From assembly GCA_965223155.1 (NCBI GenBank), contig CBDCVR010000014.1, positions 608,001 through 672,000 of the forward strand: a stretch of DNA of 64,000 nucleotides, written 5' to 3'. Of this stretch, positions 11,063 to 20,833 are shown piece by piece. The stretch's first letter is position 1, and every line of letters starts with the position of its first letter. The notes beneath the pieces were generated by a model. That model saw only the letters and a program-made list of their open reading frames with translations. It did not search any database and had not been told where the DNA came from. The stretch is from Candidatus Multivoradales bacterium. Lineage in GTDB: Bacteria > Acidobacteriota > Thermoanaerobaculia > Multivoradales > JAHEKO01. The translations under genes and the position numbers were made by a program.

Positions 11063-12190
11063 ATGACGCCCCGTCCGGCACAGGCCTTACCCGGCACGAT
11101 CCTCCTCGGCTGCCTGGGCGCCGTCCTGACCTCCGGCGGCTGCCTGCCCAAGACCGTGCAGCCGTTCGACCCCGGCGCCACCGGCCGGATCGCCCGATCG
11201 GCTGACTCGCGCGCGCTCTTCCGACCGGCGCAGCGTCTCCTGTCGGCGCCCGCCATCGAGGTCCGAACCCTGCGCACCCTCGACGGCTACGAGATCACCG
11301 ACTTCGACTTTCCCTCCGTGGGCGAAAACCGCCAACCCGAGAATCGGGTAGCGGCCAGCTACTATCGGGCTGAGTCGCCGGGCAAGCGCGGCCTGGTGCT
11401 GATCCTGCCGATTTGGGGGAGCGCCACCTTTCCTTCGAACGCCCTGCGGCGCGAGCTCCAAGCGCGCGCCCTCGACCCTGGGGTCGATGTCTTGATGGTG
11501 CACGGCAAGCACTATCTCTTCGACTGGGACGGAATCGCCCTAGCCTCGTCGCCGGCGATCCTGGAGCGGCGCATCGGCCGCTCGGTCCAGGCCGTCCAGA
11601 ACACGGTTCAGGACCTGCGCCGGCTGGTGACGTGGGCACTCGACCAGAACGACGTGGATCCCGGCCGGCTGGCCATCGTCGGCTTCAGCTTCAGCGCTCT
11701 CGCCGGCGCCATGACCGTGGGACTCGACGACCGGTTGGAGACCGGAGTCTTCATCATGGGCGGTGGCGATCTTCACGAGATCTTCGCCTCCTGCTCCAGC
11801 TTCGCCGGCAAGACCCGGCGCGCGGTCCAGCGCACGCTGGGCTGGAGCGCCGACGAACTGGCGCGCCGAACGCGGGACGTGCTCGCTCCGATCAACCCCA
11901 ACCACTACGTTCGCGAGGTCGATCCGGCCGGCATCCTCCTGGTCAACGCCTCCCGCGACTTCTGCATCCCGGAGCCCGCCCGCGACGGCTTCTGGCACGC
12001 CCTCGGCCGGCCGGAGCGTATCCTGATCCAGGCCGGACACCGGCACGCGTTTTTCACCATGACGCCGCTCGGCAGGCATTGGACGACCCGCCGCGTCGCC
12101 GACTTCCTGACCGCCCGGCTGGCCGGTCCGGGATCCGGCCAGGAGCCCGATCGGCCCGGCGACGTGGTGCGGGTAGGCGGGCCCGGCTGA
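11063..12190 (+). CDS. Alpha/beta-hydrolase, probable lipoprotein
   Basis: Lipobox-like LTSGGC; nucleophile elbow IVGFSFS; candidate Asp (RDFCIP) and His (AGH). Confidence 0.7.
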   Translation: MTPRPAQALPGTILLGCLGAVLTSGGCLPKTVQPFDPGATGRIARSADSRALFRPAQRLLSAPAIEVRTLRTLDGYEITDFDFPSVGENRQPENRVAASYYRAESPGKRGLVLILPIWGSATFPSNALRRELQARALDPGVDVLMVHGKHYLFDWDGIALASSPAILERRIGRSVQAVQNTVQDLRRLVTWALDQNDVDPGRLAIVGFSFSALAGAMTVGLDDRLETGVFIMGGGDLHEIFASCSSFAGKTRRAVQRTLGWSADELARRTRDVLAPINPNHYVREVDPAGILLVNASRDFCIPEPARDGFWHALGRPERILIQAGHRHAFFTMTPLGRHWTTRRVADFLTARLAGPGSGQEPDRPGDVVRVGGPG

Positions 12191-12267
12191 CTCGGGTCAC
12201 CCCCCCAGACGGACGACGAGATCGAGTCCCGAGGCGCCGGCGCCGAGACCTCTTGCGCGGCAGGCTG

Positions 12268-13914
12268 CTAGTGCTGCAGCTCGTCCTGGGAGACACTCCC
12301 GTCCGGCGCTCCCTGGGCCCCGGGACTCAGCAGATCGACACCGCGCGCCGACGCCGGAGGCTCGAGGCCCAGCCACGCGGCCAGGGTGGTGGCGACGTCC
12401 ACTGTCTCGACGGGCCGGTTCGACACGCCCGGCTCGAGGCCGGGCCGCCAGAAAATCAGTGGCACGTGGGTATCGTGCCGATACGGCGACCCATGGGAGC
12501 TCGGTACCCCCCGGTTCCGGAGCACGTCCTCGCGCCACTGCACCAGGAAGTCCGGACTCCTGTCCGGGTGGAAGCTCCGAGCGAAGCGGCGCTTCATGGC
12601 GGTGCCTTCGACGCCGTCGGTCAGCTCGTCCGCCGGCCAGACCCGCTCGATCGCGGCGCAGCCCTCGAGGTAGCGGCGGACGGCGGCCGACACAGCGGCT
12701 CGATCGACCGCCGGAAACTCACGCTCGTCCAAGTCGAAGAACGGCCCCGGAAGCAGCCAGTCCCGGTTGCCCAACTCCTGGCGCAGCGCGCGGTCCAGCC
12801 CCTGGACGCAGGCGATGTCTTGGGCGCTCGCCCGCCGGCCGGGAAGCCCCCGGGCCTCTTGGAGCTCCGGTACCGGCACGGCACCGTGGTCGCTGGTGAG
12901 CGCCACCCCGACCGTGTCGAGCCCAATCGTCCGGTCGAGCTCGGCGAAGAGCTCGGCCAGGAGATGGTCCAGTGCCAGCAAGACGTCCAACATTTCGCGG
13001 CTGTCCTGGCCGTATTCGTGCCCGACGTAGTCGGTGGTCGACACGGCAAGTGCAAGCAGATCGGGCGCGGCGTCCCGGCCGAGCTCTTCGGCCGCGAGTG
13101 CCGAGCGGACCAGCTCGAAGAGCTTCTCGTCCAGCCATGGCGTGTAGCGGAGATCCGAATAGACGGATTCGTCGGGAGAAAAGGTCACTCCACCCGGAGC
13201 GTGCGGAAAATCCTCCTCGAGGGGGCCCAGGTCGAAGTCGAAGACCGCTGGCGGCTCGACCGCCGCCGCGCGTTGCGATGGTCGCCACAAGCGGCCCAGA
13301 TACTCGTCAAAGGGCGCCAGGGCGTTCCAGCCTTCCAGCCAGTCCGGCCGGTCCTCACGGTAGTACGCCGACGAGACGAACGCACCCACTTCATAATCGA
13401 ACCAGTAGGCGCCGTCCGCCTTCTTGCCGCCCAAGAGGACCGCCGCGCGGTCTTTTGTCGAGAAGGCGAATACCCGGCTTCCCGAGTACCGGCGTTTCAT
13501 CCAGTCCCCGAGCGCGGTGCATTCGAGCCGGCGTGGAGAGACCTCGTACCGATCGTCACCCACCGAGTACTGAAGATCGTCATCGCCTCGACGGTAGAAA
13601 TAGTTCGCCACGACCCCGTGCTCGGCTGGATCGCACGAGCTCGCGATGGTGGCATGGCCCGGGGCCGTGGTGGTGAGCGCGTGCCCGTGATGGGCCTCGC
13701 GAAACACCCGACCTTCGTCCAGCAGCCGGCGTAGCCCGCCGTCGAAGAGCGGCGCGTGGCGGTCGAGGAGATCGGCCCCGAGCTGATCCACAACCACCAG
13801 CAGCACCAAACGAGGCGCGCCGGCAGGGGGTGCCACCGGGGGCGTACAGCTCACGAGCACAGCGGCCGCGAGCGCAGCGAGCGAGGGTCCGGTCAAACGG
13901 AGTACGGATTGCAA
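12268..13914 (-). CDS. Alkaline phosphatase family (PafA-like) lipoprotein
   Basis: VVVDQL, TAPGHATI (Thr nucleophile), KDRAAVL, DYVGHEYG, TSDHG and HGSPYRHD; lipobox LVSC. Start uncertain (TTG 13914 chosen). Confidence 0.88.
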   Translation of the reverse strand: MQSVLRLTGPSLAALAAAVLVSCTPPVAPPAGAPRLVLLVVVDQLGADLLDRHAPLFDGGLRRLLDEGRVFREAHHGHALTTTAPGHATIASSCDPAEHGVVANYFYRRGDDDLQYSVGDDRYEVSPRRLECTALGDWMKRRYSGSRVFAFSTKDRAAVLLGGKKADGAYWFDYEVGAFVSSAYYREDRPDWLEGWNALAPFDEYLGRLWRPSQRAAAVEPPAVFDFDLGPLEEDFPHAPGGVTFSPDESVYSDLRYTPWLDEKLFELVRSALAAEELGRDAAPDLLALAVSTTDYVGHEYGQDSREMLDVLLALDHLLAELFAELDRTIGLDTVGVALTSDHGAVPVPELQEARGLPGRRASAQDIACVQGLDRALRQELGNRDWLLPGPFFDLDEREFPAVDRAAVSAAVRRYLEGCAAIERVWPADELTDGVEGTAMKRRFARSFHPDRSPDFLVQWREDVLRNRGVPSSHGSPYRHDTHVPLIFWRPGLEPGVSNRPVETVDVATTLAAWLGLEPPASARGVDLLSPGAQGAPDGSVSQDELQH

Positions 13915-13940
13915 GGGCCGCCGAGTATACCGTCGGTCCG

Positions 13941-13976
13941 GGCGCCGGCCGGGGCGCCGGCCGGGGCGCCGGCCCG
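13941..13976. repeat. Short tandem repeat (GGCGCCGGCCGG)x~3
   Basis: Read directly from the sequence between the aminopeptidase and phosphatase genes; followed by CCCGGCAGCGG x2. Confidence 0.6.
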
Positions 13977-14030
13977 GCAGCGGCCCGGCAGCGGGCGGGT
14001 CGGGCAGAAGCCCGAGACGGGCCCGCCCGC

Positions 14031-15098
14031 TCACTCGACGCACTCCGACCAGTCCCGGTCCGCAAAGAGGCGGCCGCGGCGGTTGGCGTCGAGCGCCGCC
14101 AGACAGCGCACCGCGGCATAGAACCCGTCGAGTTCGCCGCCCATGGACCGGTAGACGCTCGCGAAGTCCTCGACCCGGTCCTCATAAGTCCCGAGCGCGA
14201 CCAGATCGGCGTTGTTGAGGGTCCGTCCGGACCAGGCGAGCGCCAGGGGCGAAGCGGTCTGACGGCCCAGATCCGCGAGCTCATCGCGTAGAGCCTCGAA
14301 AAGCTCGGCCTTCTGGGCGAGCTTGATCTGGTCCGAGTCAGCGGAGCCGTAGACCTCGGTCAGCGCGGCCCGAGTCGTGGCGATGGCGGCGAGCGCCGCG
14401 CGGTCCGAGCTCCAGGCCGCCTCCAGACGGCGCTGCTCCGAAACGCTGCCTCGAACCTCGAGCCAGCGCCGGACCCCTTCCCGCTCGACGAAGGTGGCAA
14501 GGGACTCGTTGAACGAGCTGTCGTCCCGGACGTAGGCCACGCCGTGGGCAAGCTCGTGGACCAGGAGCCCGGCCAGCTCGACCTCACCCAATGCCAGAAA
14601 CGTGCTGAGCAGCGGGTCTCGAAGCCAGCCCAGGGTCGAATAGGCGCGTACGCCGTCCACCGAGACGTCGAAGCCCCGGGCCTCGAGCCGGGCCGCGAAC
14701 CGACGCGCTCGCTCCTCATCAAAGAAACCCCGGTAGGAGACGCAACCCGCGATGGGAAAGCACCAGAGGCGCGGATCTAGTGACAGCTCAGGGGCCGCTA
14801 CGACGGTCCACACCACGTAGGGCCGATCCAGGGCCACGTACTTGCGGTACTTGCCGTCCACTGGCAGCGACAACTCGCCGCCGGCGAATGTCAGGATGTC
14901 CCGCGCCAGCTCCAGATGCTCGCGCAATTGCGGCGAGGTCTCGGAGTCGCCCAACAGCTTCTCGACGGTCTCGCCTCCCACCGCCAGGCGAGCGCCGCCC
15001 CAGGTGACGTGGGCGTAGTAGCCCAGGCTCGAGCAGGCACCGGTGCCCAACCAAAGCGCCAGGACGAGCGGAAGCCGAATGGCGAAGGACCCTCGCAT
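14031..15098 (-). CDS. Putative zinc aminopeptidase lipoprotein (DUF2265-like)
   Basis: Lipobox TGAC; WCFPIAGCVSYRGFF, AYSTLGW, HELAH, FNESLATFVE and LNNA. Confidence 0.85.
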   Translation of the reverse strand: MRGSFAIRLPLVLALWLGTGACSSLGYYAHVTWGGARLAVGGETVEKLLGDSETSPQLREHLELARDILTFAGGELSLPVDGKYRKYVALDRPYVVWTVVAAPELSLDPRLWCFPIAGCVSYRGFFDEERARRFAARLEARGFDVSVDGVRAYSTLGWLRDPLLSTFLALGEVELAGLLVHELAHGVAYVRDDSSFNESLATFVEREGVRRWLEVRGSVSEQRRLEAAWSSDRAALAAIATTRAALTEVYGSADSDQIKLAQKAELFEALRDELADLGRQTASPLALAWSGRTLNNADLVALGTYEDRVEDFASVYRSMGGELDGFYAAVRCLAALDANRRGRLFADRDWSECVE

Positions 15099-15242
15099 AA
15101 GCTACGGACGATTATCCTCGAAGCGGCCGCCACGAGTTCCAACGAACTCAGCCGAGTCCCACCGGATCATCCGGCCGAGGTCGATTCGGATGGGATCGCC
15201 TGGAGGACGATCGTTTCGGAGCCGAACGCGCCACGCCGAACC

Positions 15243-16343
15243 ATGCCTTCCAACCAAGCACCCAGCTCGAGCCCTCTCCCGGACGCCGCGACGATCCTGG
15301 AGCGGAATCCGAGGACCTTTGAGGCCAAGGCGATCGAGCTCGGAAGGTCCCGCGAGGGCCGTCCGGTCCTGGGGCGTGTGCTGGGACGCGGTCCGATCCA
15401 GGTGAGCTTGATCGGTGGCTGCCACGCCGACGAGCCGGTGGGGCCGGCTCTGCTCCGGCGGTTGGCGGTGGCGCTGGATCGCCTGCCCGCGGGGCACCCG
15501 ACCCTCGAGCGCTTTTCCTGGTGGATCGCTCCGCACGTCAACCCGGACGGGGAGGCCCGCAACCGCGCCTGGTGGCGGGGGGCGGCACCCGGCCCTAAAG
15601 CCCCGTACGAGCTCGATGAGTACCTGAGACTGGCGGTCCGGGAGCGGCCCGGCGACGATCTGGAATTCGGCTTTCCGGAGCCGGCCGGTGACGACTCGCG
15701 GCCGCTCCCGCCGCGGCCCGAAGCCCAAGCCATCGCCGACTTCCTCCGTCCGGGGGCGCCCTTCGCCGTCCACGGATCGTTCCACGGCATGAGCTTCGCC
15801 ACCGGCCCCTGGTTTCTGCTCGAGCCCTCCTGGAGTGAGCGGATGGCGGACTCGAGGACACGCTTGGCAAGCAGCGTCGAAGCGCTCGGCTATCGCCTCT
15901 ACGACGTGGATCGCAAGGGCGAGAAGGGCTTTCATCGCATCGCTCCGGGATTCTCGACCCGGCCCGATTCGGGCGCCATGGGCCGCTACTTCCTGGAGGC
16001 TGGGGATCCGGACGAGGCGGCCAAGTTCCGGCCCAGCTCGATGGAGTTCGTGTGCGGTCTGGGCGGCGATCCGCTCACCTTCGTCACCGAGATGCCCCTC
16101 TTCCTCTGGTCGCCCGACCGGCCGGGCCGCCGACCGGGTCCGATAGAGCCGTCCGAGGCCGCCGCCGTCCGCTCCCGGTTGGCACTGGCGGCGCGGGCCG
16201 GCCGCCAAGGGCTTGCCGCCGTCGCTCGGGACCTCGCCATCCGGCCCATGCCCGTCCACGACCAGATGACCCTCCAGCTGGCCCTTCTGGAGGAGGCTGT
16301 GGCGTTGGCGGCCCGGATCGAAACCGGCTCCAGAACAGGTTGA
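15243..16343 (+). CDS. M14-family zinc carboxypeptidase
   Basis: GRSREGRP, GGCHADEPVG, PHVNPDG, SFHGM and VTEMP. Start uncertain (ATG 15243). Confidence 0.8.
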   Translation: MPSNQAPSSSPLPDAATILERNPRTFEAKAIELGRSREGRPVLGRVLGRGPIQVSLIGGCHADEPVGPALLRRLAVALDRLPAGHPTLERFSWWIAPHVNPDGEARNRAWWRGAAPGPKAPYELDEYLRLAVRERPGDDLEFGFPEPAGDDSRPLPPRPEAQAIADFLRPGAPFAVHGSFHGMSFATGPWFLLEPSWSERMADSRTRLASSVEALGYRLYDVDRKGEKGFHRIAPGFSTRPDSGAMGRYFLEAGDPDEAAKFRPSSMEFVCGLGGDPLTFVTEMPLFLWSPDRPGRRPGPIEPSEAAAVRSRLALAARAGRQGLAAVARDLAIRPMPVHDQMTLQLALLEEAVALAARIETGSRTG

Positions 16344-16387
16344 CAACCCCTGAGTCTCTATATATCCTTTCATCCGGATGAACGGAT
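16340..16387 (+). promoter_or_regulatory. Sigma70 promoter with overlapping palindromic operator for sahR-ahcY
   Basis: TTGACA (16340-45), 17 bp spacer, TATCCT (16363-68); palindrome ATCCtTTCATCCGGATGAAcGGAT at 16364-16387. Confidence 0.75.
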
Positions 16388-17373
16388 TAAACTCTTCCGA
16401 GCTCTCCGACGCAGGCATTTTGAGCCGCATGAACGTTCTGGGCGACCCGGTTCGCTGCCGGCTGCTCTTGCTGTGCGAGAGCCAGCCGCTCCGCGTCTCG
16501 GAGCTCTGCGACGTCGTCCAGCTTCCCCAGTCGACCGTCAGCCGGCACTTGAAGACGCTGTCCGAGGACGGCTGGCTGGAGTCGACGAAGGACGGCACCA
16601 GCCGGCGCTACTCGGCCCGCGATCTCAGCCCGGGGCCGGCACTCGAACTCTGGCATATCGTCCGCTCCGAGCTTGCCGACAGCGCCCGCGCCCGCGAGGA
16701 CTTGCGCCGGCTGGGAGGGGTCCTGGCTCGCCGCAAGAGCCGTTCGCAGCAGTTCTTCTCGTCCTCGGCCGGCCGCTGGACCGAGCTTCGCAAGGAGCTC
16801 TTCGGCCAGCGTTTCGACCTCGAGGCGGCTCTGGCCTTCTTGGACGAGAGCTGGGCGGTCGGCGACTTCGGCTGCGGCACCGGCAATCTGGCCGCGGCCC
16901 TCGCGCCGCACGTCCGCCGGGTCGTGGCGGTCGATGAGTCGCCCGAGATGCTGGCCGCCGCCGGCGAGCGCCTGGCGAGCTTCGCCAACGTCGAGGTGCT
17001 GGAAGGCACGCTCGAGAAGCTGCCCGTCGTCGACGGAGCGCTCGACGCCGCCGCCATTGTCCTGGTGTTGCACCACCTGGAAGACCCGGCCGCGGCTCTA
17101 TCCGGAGCCGTGCGCACGCTACGAGCCGGCGGCCACCTGCTCGTGGTGGACATGCTGCCGCACGAGCGCGCCGAGTTCCGGATCGAGATGGGCCACGTCT
17201 GGATGGGCTTCGGCGAGGAGCAGATTCGGGAGTGGCTGGACGAAGCCGGGCTCGAACGAGTCCGCATCCGGACGCTCACCGGACGGCCGGAGGCCAACGG
17301 CCCTTCCCTCTTCGTGGCCCGCGGCACGAAGACCACGAAACCCGACACTTCCGAGAATCGATCGAATCAATAG
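16378..17373 (+). CDS. sahR: ArsR-HTH + SAM-methyltransferase-domain regulator (SahR-like)
   Basis: ArsR HTH (LGDPVRCRLL…PQSTVSRHLKTL) fused to a class I MTase domain (DFGCGTG, LVLHH, GHVWMGF); immediately upstream of ahcY. Confidence 0.85.
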   Translation: MNGLNSSELSDAGILSRMNVLGDPVRCRLLLLCESQPLRVSELCDVVQLPQSTVSRHLKTLSEDGWLESTKDGTSRRYSARDLSPGPALELWHIVRSELADSARAREDLRRLGGVLARRKSRSQQFFSSSAGRWTELRKELFGQRFDLEAALAFLDESWAVGDFGCGTGNLAAALAPHVRRVVAVDESPEMLAAAGERLASFANVEVLEGTLEKLPVVDGALDAAAIVLVLHHLEDPAAALSGAVRTLRAGGHLLVVDMLPHERAEFRIEMGHVWMGFGEEQIREWLDEAGLERVRIRTLTGRPEANGPSLFVARGTKTTKPDTSENRSNQ

Positions 17374-17406
17374 ACCGGAGATACCGATCCCGAAAAGGAG
17401 ACTTCG

Positions 17407-18903
17407 ATGACTCTGATGACCGAAACCGAACCGAAAGCCCGAGCCGAAGAATCGGCTCGCCCCCTCTACAAGGTCGCCGACCTCAACCTGGCCGAGGCCG
17501 GCCGCAAGGAGATTCGCCTGGCCGAGCACGAAATGCCCGGACTCATGGCGCTGCGCGCGAAGTACGCCGAGACCAAGCCGCTGGCCGGCGCCAAGATCAT
17601 GGGCTCGCTCCACATGACCGTCCAGACCGCGGTCCTGATCGAGACCCTGACCGACCTGGGCGCCGACGTGCGTTGGGTGTCTTGCAACATCTTCTCGACC
17701 CAGGATCCGGCGGCCGCCGCGGTCGTGGTCGGCCGGCCCGAGACCGGCGGCACCGTCGAGAGCCCGGCCGGCACGCCGGTCTTCGCCTGGAAGGGCGAGA
17801 CCCTCGAAGAGTACTGGTGGTGCACCAAGGAGGCTCTGGCTTGGCCGGACGGCAGCGGCCCGGACCTCATCGTGGACGACGGCGGCGACGCCACGCTTCT
17901 GGTGCACAAGGCCCGCGAGTTCGAGCAGGCCGGTGCCGTGCCCGCGTTCGACGCCGACAACGAACCGGAGGAGTGGGGCATCATTCTGGACACCATCCGT
18001 GGCGAGTTGGCTGAGAACCCCGGCCGCTGGACCGCCATCGCCGACGGCATCCAGGGCGTCTCCGAGGAGACCACGACCGGCGTCCACCGGCTCTACCAGA
18101 TGGCCACCGAGGGCTCGCTGCTCTTCCCGGCGATCAACGTCAACGACTCCGTGACCAAGTCCAAGTTCGACAACGTCTACGGCTGCCGCCATTCGGTGGT
18201 GGATGGCCTCAACCGGGCCACGGACGTCATGATCGGCGGCAAGGTCGCCGTGGTCTGCGGCTACGGCGAGGTCGGCAAGGGCTGCGCCCAGGCCCTTCGC
18301 GGCCAGGGCGCGCGCGTGGTGGTGACCGAGATCGATCCCATCTGCGCTCTGCAGGCCGCGATGGAAGGCTACGAGGTCACCACCCTCGAGGACGTCCTCG
18401 AGGAAGGCGACATCTTCGTCACCACAACCGGCAACTTCGACATCATCACCGCCGAGCACATGGCGCGCATGAAGGACAAGGCCATCGTCTCCAACATCGG
18501 CCACTTCGACAACGAGATCGACATCGCCGGGCTCAAGAAGATGGACGGCGTCAGCGCCGAGAGCATCAAGCCGCAGTACGACGAGTGGAACTTCCCGGAC
18601 GGGCACTCGGTCCTCATTCTGGCCGAGGGTCGGCTGATGAACCTGGGCTGCGCCACCGGCCATCCCTCGTTCGTCATGTCGGCGTCGTTCACCAATCAGG
18701 TGCTGGCCCAGATCGATCTCTGGGCCAATCGCGGCGCCTACGAGAACCAGGTCATGATGCTCCCCAAGAAGCTGGACGAAGAGGTCGCCCGCCTGCACCT
18801 CGACCAGCTCGGCGTCCGGCTCACCCGCCTGACGAAGGAGCAGGCCGACTACATCGGCGTCGACGTGGACGGCCCGTACAAGCCCGACCACTACCGCTAC
18901 TAG
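17407..18903 (+). CDS. ahcY: Adenosylhomocysteinase
   Basis: [52 protein letters not shown] and [10 protein letters not shown]; SD AGGAG. Confidence 0.98.
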   Translation: MTLMTETEPKARAEESARPLYKVADLNLAEAGRKEIRLAEHEMPGLMALRAKYAETKPLAGAKIMGSLHMTVQTAVLIETLTDLGADVRWVSCNIFSTQDPAAAAVVVGRPETGGTVESPAGTPVFAWKGETLEEYWWCTKEALAWPDGSGPDLIVDDGGDATLLVHKAREFEQAGAVPAFDADNEPEEWGIILDTIRGELAENPGRWTAIADGIQGVSEETTTGVHRLYQMATEGSLLFPAINVNDSVTKSKFDNVYGCRHSVVDGLNRATDVMIGGKVAVVCGYGEVGKGCAQALRGQGARVVVTEIDPICALQAAMEGYEVTTLEDVLEEGDIFVTTTGNFDIITAEHMARMKDKAIVSNIGHFDNEIDIAGLKKMDGVSAESIKPQYDEWNFPDGHSVLILAEGRLMNLGCATGHPSFVMSASFTNQVLAQIDLWANRGAYENQVMMLPKKLDEEVARLHLDQLGVRLTRLTKEQADYIGVDVDGPYKPDHYRY

Positions 18904-18992
18904 GCCGATCGTCGTCACAAGAGATCTGGTGCCAAGGTTCGGCCAGCCGTATGGTCCGGCGAGCCGCGCGGATCGGCTTCCCGACATCCACG

Positions 18993-19027
18993 AGGGCGCG
19001 GGGCCAAAGCCCCGCGCCCTTTCTTCT
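18993..19027 (+). terminator. Intrinsic terminator after ahcY
   Basis: AGGGCGCGGGGC-CAAA-GCCCCGCGCCCT 12-bp stem followed by TTCTTCT. Confidence 0.8.
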
Positions 19028-19060
19028 GTGCCCCGTCCGCGCGGCCCGCGACGCCTGGCC

Positions 19061-19543
19061 TCAGTCGAGCTCGCGCAATTCCAGGCGGCGGATCCGCCAC
19101 TCCCCCGCCTCACGCACCATCCGCGCCTCGACCGGGTAGAGCTCGGTTCCCGCCAGGTCTCCGAGGTCGTTGACGAAGGTCACGGTCGCAAAGACCCGGG
19201 CGTGCTCCTTGCCCTCCAGCAACACCTCCATCGGCCCCAGTGACACCACCAGGCTCCGCGAGCGCGAGCGGTAGGCCAGGATGGCGCGGATGAGATCCTG
19301 GCGGTTCGAAGTGGCGTAGCCCTCGGGCTCGGCTTCGAGTAGGAATTCGCCGGCAAAGAGATCCGCGATCTTGCGCGCCCGACCTGCCCCCTCGAGCTCG
19401 CTCTCGAACGGCGACTTGGTGCCGAGCTCGGCCAGCTCCTCGAGCTGCCGCGCGATCGCTCGCTCAGGACTCGACCACGCGCCCCAGGCCAGCCACAGAC
19501 CCACCGCCACCGAGACCACGACCAAGAGCGTGCGCGGGGTCAT
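19061..19543 (-). CDS. Membrane-anchored NTF2/SnoaL-like protein
   Basis: Start MTPRTLLVVVSVAVGLW (N-terminal TM), overlapping the upstream stop; NTF2-like end MVREAGEWRI. Confidence 0.6.
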   Translation of the reverse strand: MTPRTLLVVVSVAVGLWLAWGAWSSPERAIARQLEELAELGTKSPFESELEGAGRARKIADLFAGEFLLEAEPEGYATSNRQDLIRAILAYRSRSRSLVVSLGPMEVLLEGKEHARVFATVTFVNDLGDLAGTELYPVEARMVREAGEWRIRRLELRELD

Positions 19544-20778
19544 CGCTGCCTCGAGCTCTGAGCCGCTTGGGATGCTGGAGCTGGCTGAGATGGCTGAGAT
19601 GGCCGAGACGACCGAACGGGCCGGTCCGGGCCGGCGCGCCAGCCAAGTAGGCGCAGGTAGCTGCCGGGACGCGACACCAGGGAGCGCACCGAGCGGGTGC
19701 CGGCGAAGACATCGGCCATGACCTCGCACAGCTCGTCGCGAAAGCGGCCCAAGGCCCGACGGCGCAGGCGGGGGTGGCGGTAGAGCGCTTGCGCCAGCCA
19801 GCGCGCCGAGCGCAGCTCGGGCAGCAGGTGCCGTTCCAGGCTTCGCTCGTAGGTTCGCTCGACCCCTCCGGGTCCCGGCCGGGCCACCGCCTCGGCCGCC
19901 AGCCGTCCGGACAGGACGGCGTTGCTGATCCCCTCGCAGGCGATCGGATCGGCCAGGCCGGCGGCATCGCCCGTCAAGAGGACGCCGTCGCGAGCGAGGC
20001 TCCGCGCCCGGGGCCGTACCGGGATCACCCAACCGCGATCGGCGCGCTCCGCGATCGGTTCCAGAGCCAGGAACTCCAGGTACCGGTCGAGCGAGCTCCT
20101 GAGCGGCGGATTCGGACGGCGGTCGGTTGACATGCAGCCGACCGAAAGATGCCCGGCCTTGGGAAAGACCCAGGCGTAGCCGGCCGGCACCGGGCCGAAG
20201 TCGAAGCGCGCGGTGCCCGCGAAGCGCGCGTGGACCGCGGGCGGAACCCGGATCTCGCTCTCGATGGCGGGCACCAGGTGGCGATGACGAGGCCAGCCCG
20301 CGGCTCGGGCCACCGGGCTCGAGGCTCCGTCGGCGGCGATCAGCCAGCGAGCGCGGCGCTCCTCCCTGTCGGTGCGCACGATCCAGCCACCGCCGGTCCG
20401 GCGCGACAGTCCCTCGACAGTCGTCGGCGCATCGAGCTCAGCTCCCGCAGCCACCGCGGCCTCGACCAGATATCGATCGAAGTCCGCCCGCATCATCATC
20501 CCGACCCGGGCGTCGTCGCGCTCGACCGTTGCCGGCCGGTCCGAGTCCGCCAGATGGAGCTCGAGCCGCTTGCAGCTCGTCTCGAGCGCGGGCGACACGT
20601 CCAAGTCCAGATGGCGCAACGCCCGGCCCACCAGGCCGCCGCCGCAGGTCTTGTACCGGGGCGGCCTGGCCCGGTCGATCAGGGTCACTTCCCTGCCGCC
20701 TTCCGCCAGCACCCGCGCGCAGGTGGCGCCGGCGGGGCCGGCTCCGACCACGATCACGCTCCCGATCGAGGCGTTCAT
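19540..20778 (-). CDS. Geranylgeranyl-reductase-family FAD oxidoreductase
   Basis: VIVVGAGPAG, KTCGGG, RADFD, AADGASS, YAWVFPK and GDAAGLADPIACEGI. Confidence 0.9.
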   Translation of the reverse strand: MNASIGSVIVVGAGPAGATCARVLAEGGREVTLIDRARPPRYKTCGGGLVGRALRHLDLDVSPALETSCKRLELHLADSDRPATVERDDARVGMMMRADFDRYLVEAAVAAGAELDAPTTVEGLSRRTGGGWIVRTDREERRARWLIAADGASSPVARAAGWPRHRHLVPAIESEIRVPPAVHARFAGTARFDFGPVPAGYAWVFPKAGHLSVGCMSTDRRPNPPLRSSLDRYLEFLALEPIAERADRGWVIPVRPRARSLARDGVLLTGDAAGLADPIACEGISNAVLSGRLAAEAVARPGPGGVERTYERSLERHLLPELRSARWLAQALYRHPRLRRRALGRFRDELCEVMADVFAGTRSVRSLVSRPGSYLRLLGWRAGPDRPVRSSRPSQPSQPAPASQAAQSSRQR

Positions 20779-20833
20779 CGCAATGCCGCTTGCCAGGCGG
20801 TCTCGGACCGAGGCGCCGGAACTCCGAGGCTCG

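Noticed and set aside
11413-13734. 773-aa plus-strand ORF and similar long ORFs (5047-5976, 27356-29581, 44529-46616, 56217-58076, 59543-61681)
   Set aside because: They overlap well-supported genes in another frame or strand and have Arg/Pro/Gly-rich, motif-free translations.
13941-13995. Short tandem repeats (also 19580-19610, 23405-23450, 50230-50275, 63873-63905) as CRISPR or mobile-element ends
   Set aside because: Units are 9-15 bp with no spacers and no cas or transposase genes; they are linker or slippage repeats.
17374-17406. SAH or SAM riboswitch before ahcY
   Set aside because: The gap is only 33 nt and holds the SD; regulation is better explained by the SahR-like protein.
17119-19113. 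664-aa minus-strand ORF
   Set aside because: Antisense shadow of ahcY.
19540-20778. Geranylgeranyl reductase as a sign of ether-lipid or bacteriochlorophyll synthesis
   Set aside because: The family is broad and no pathway genes are nearby.
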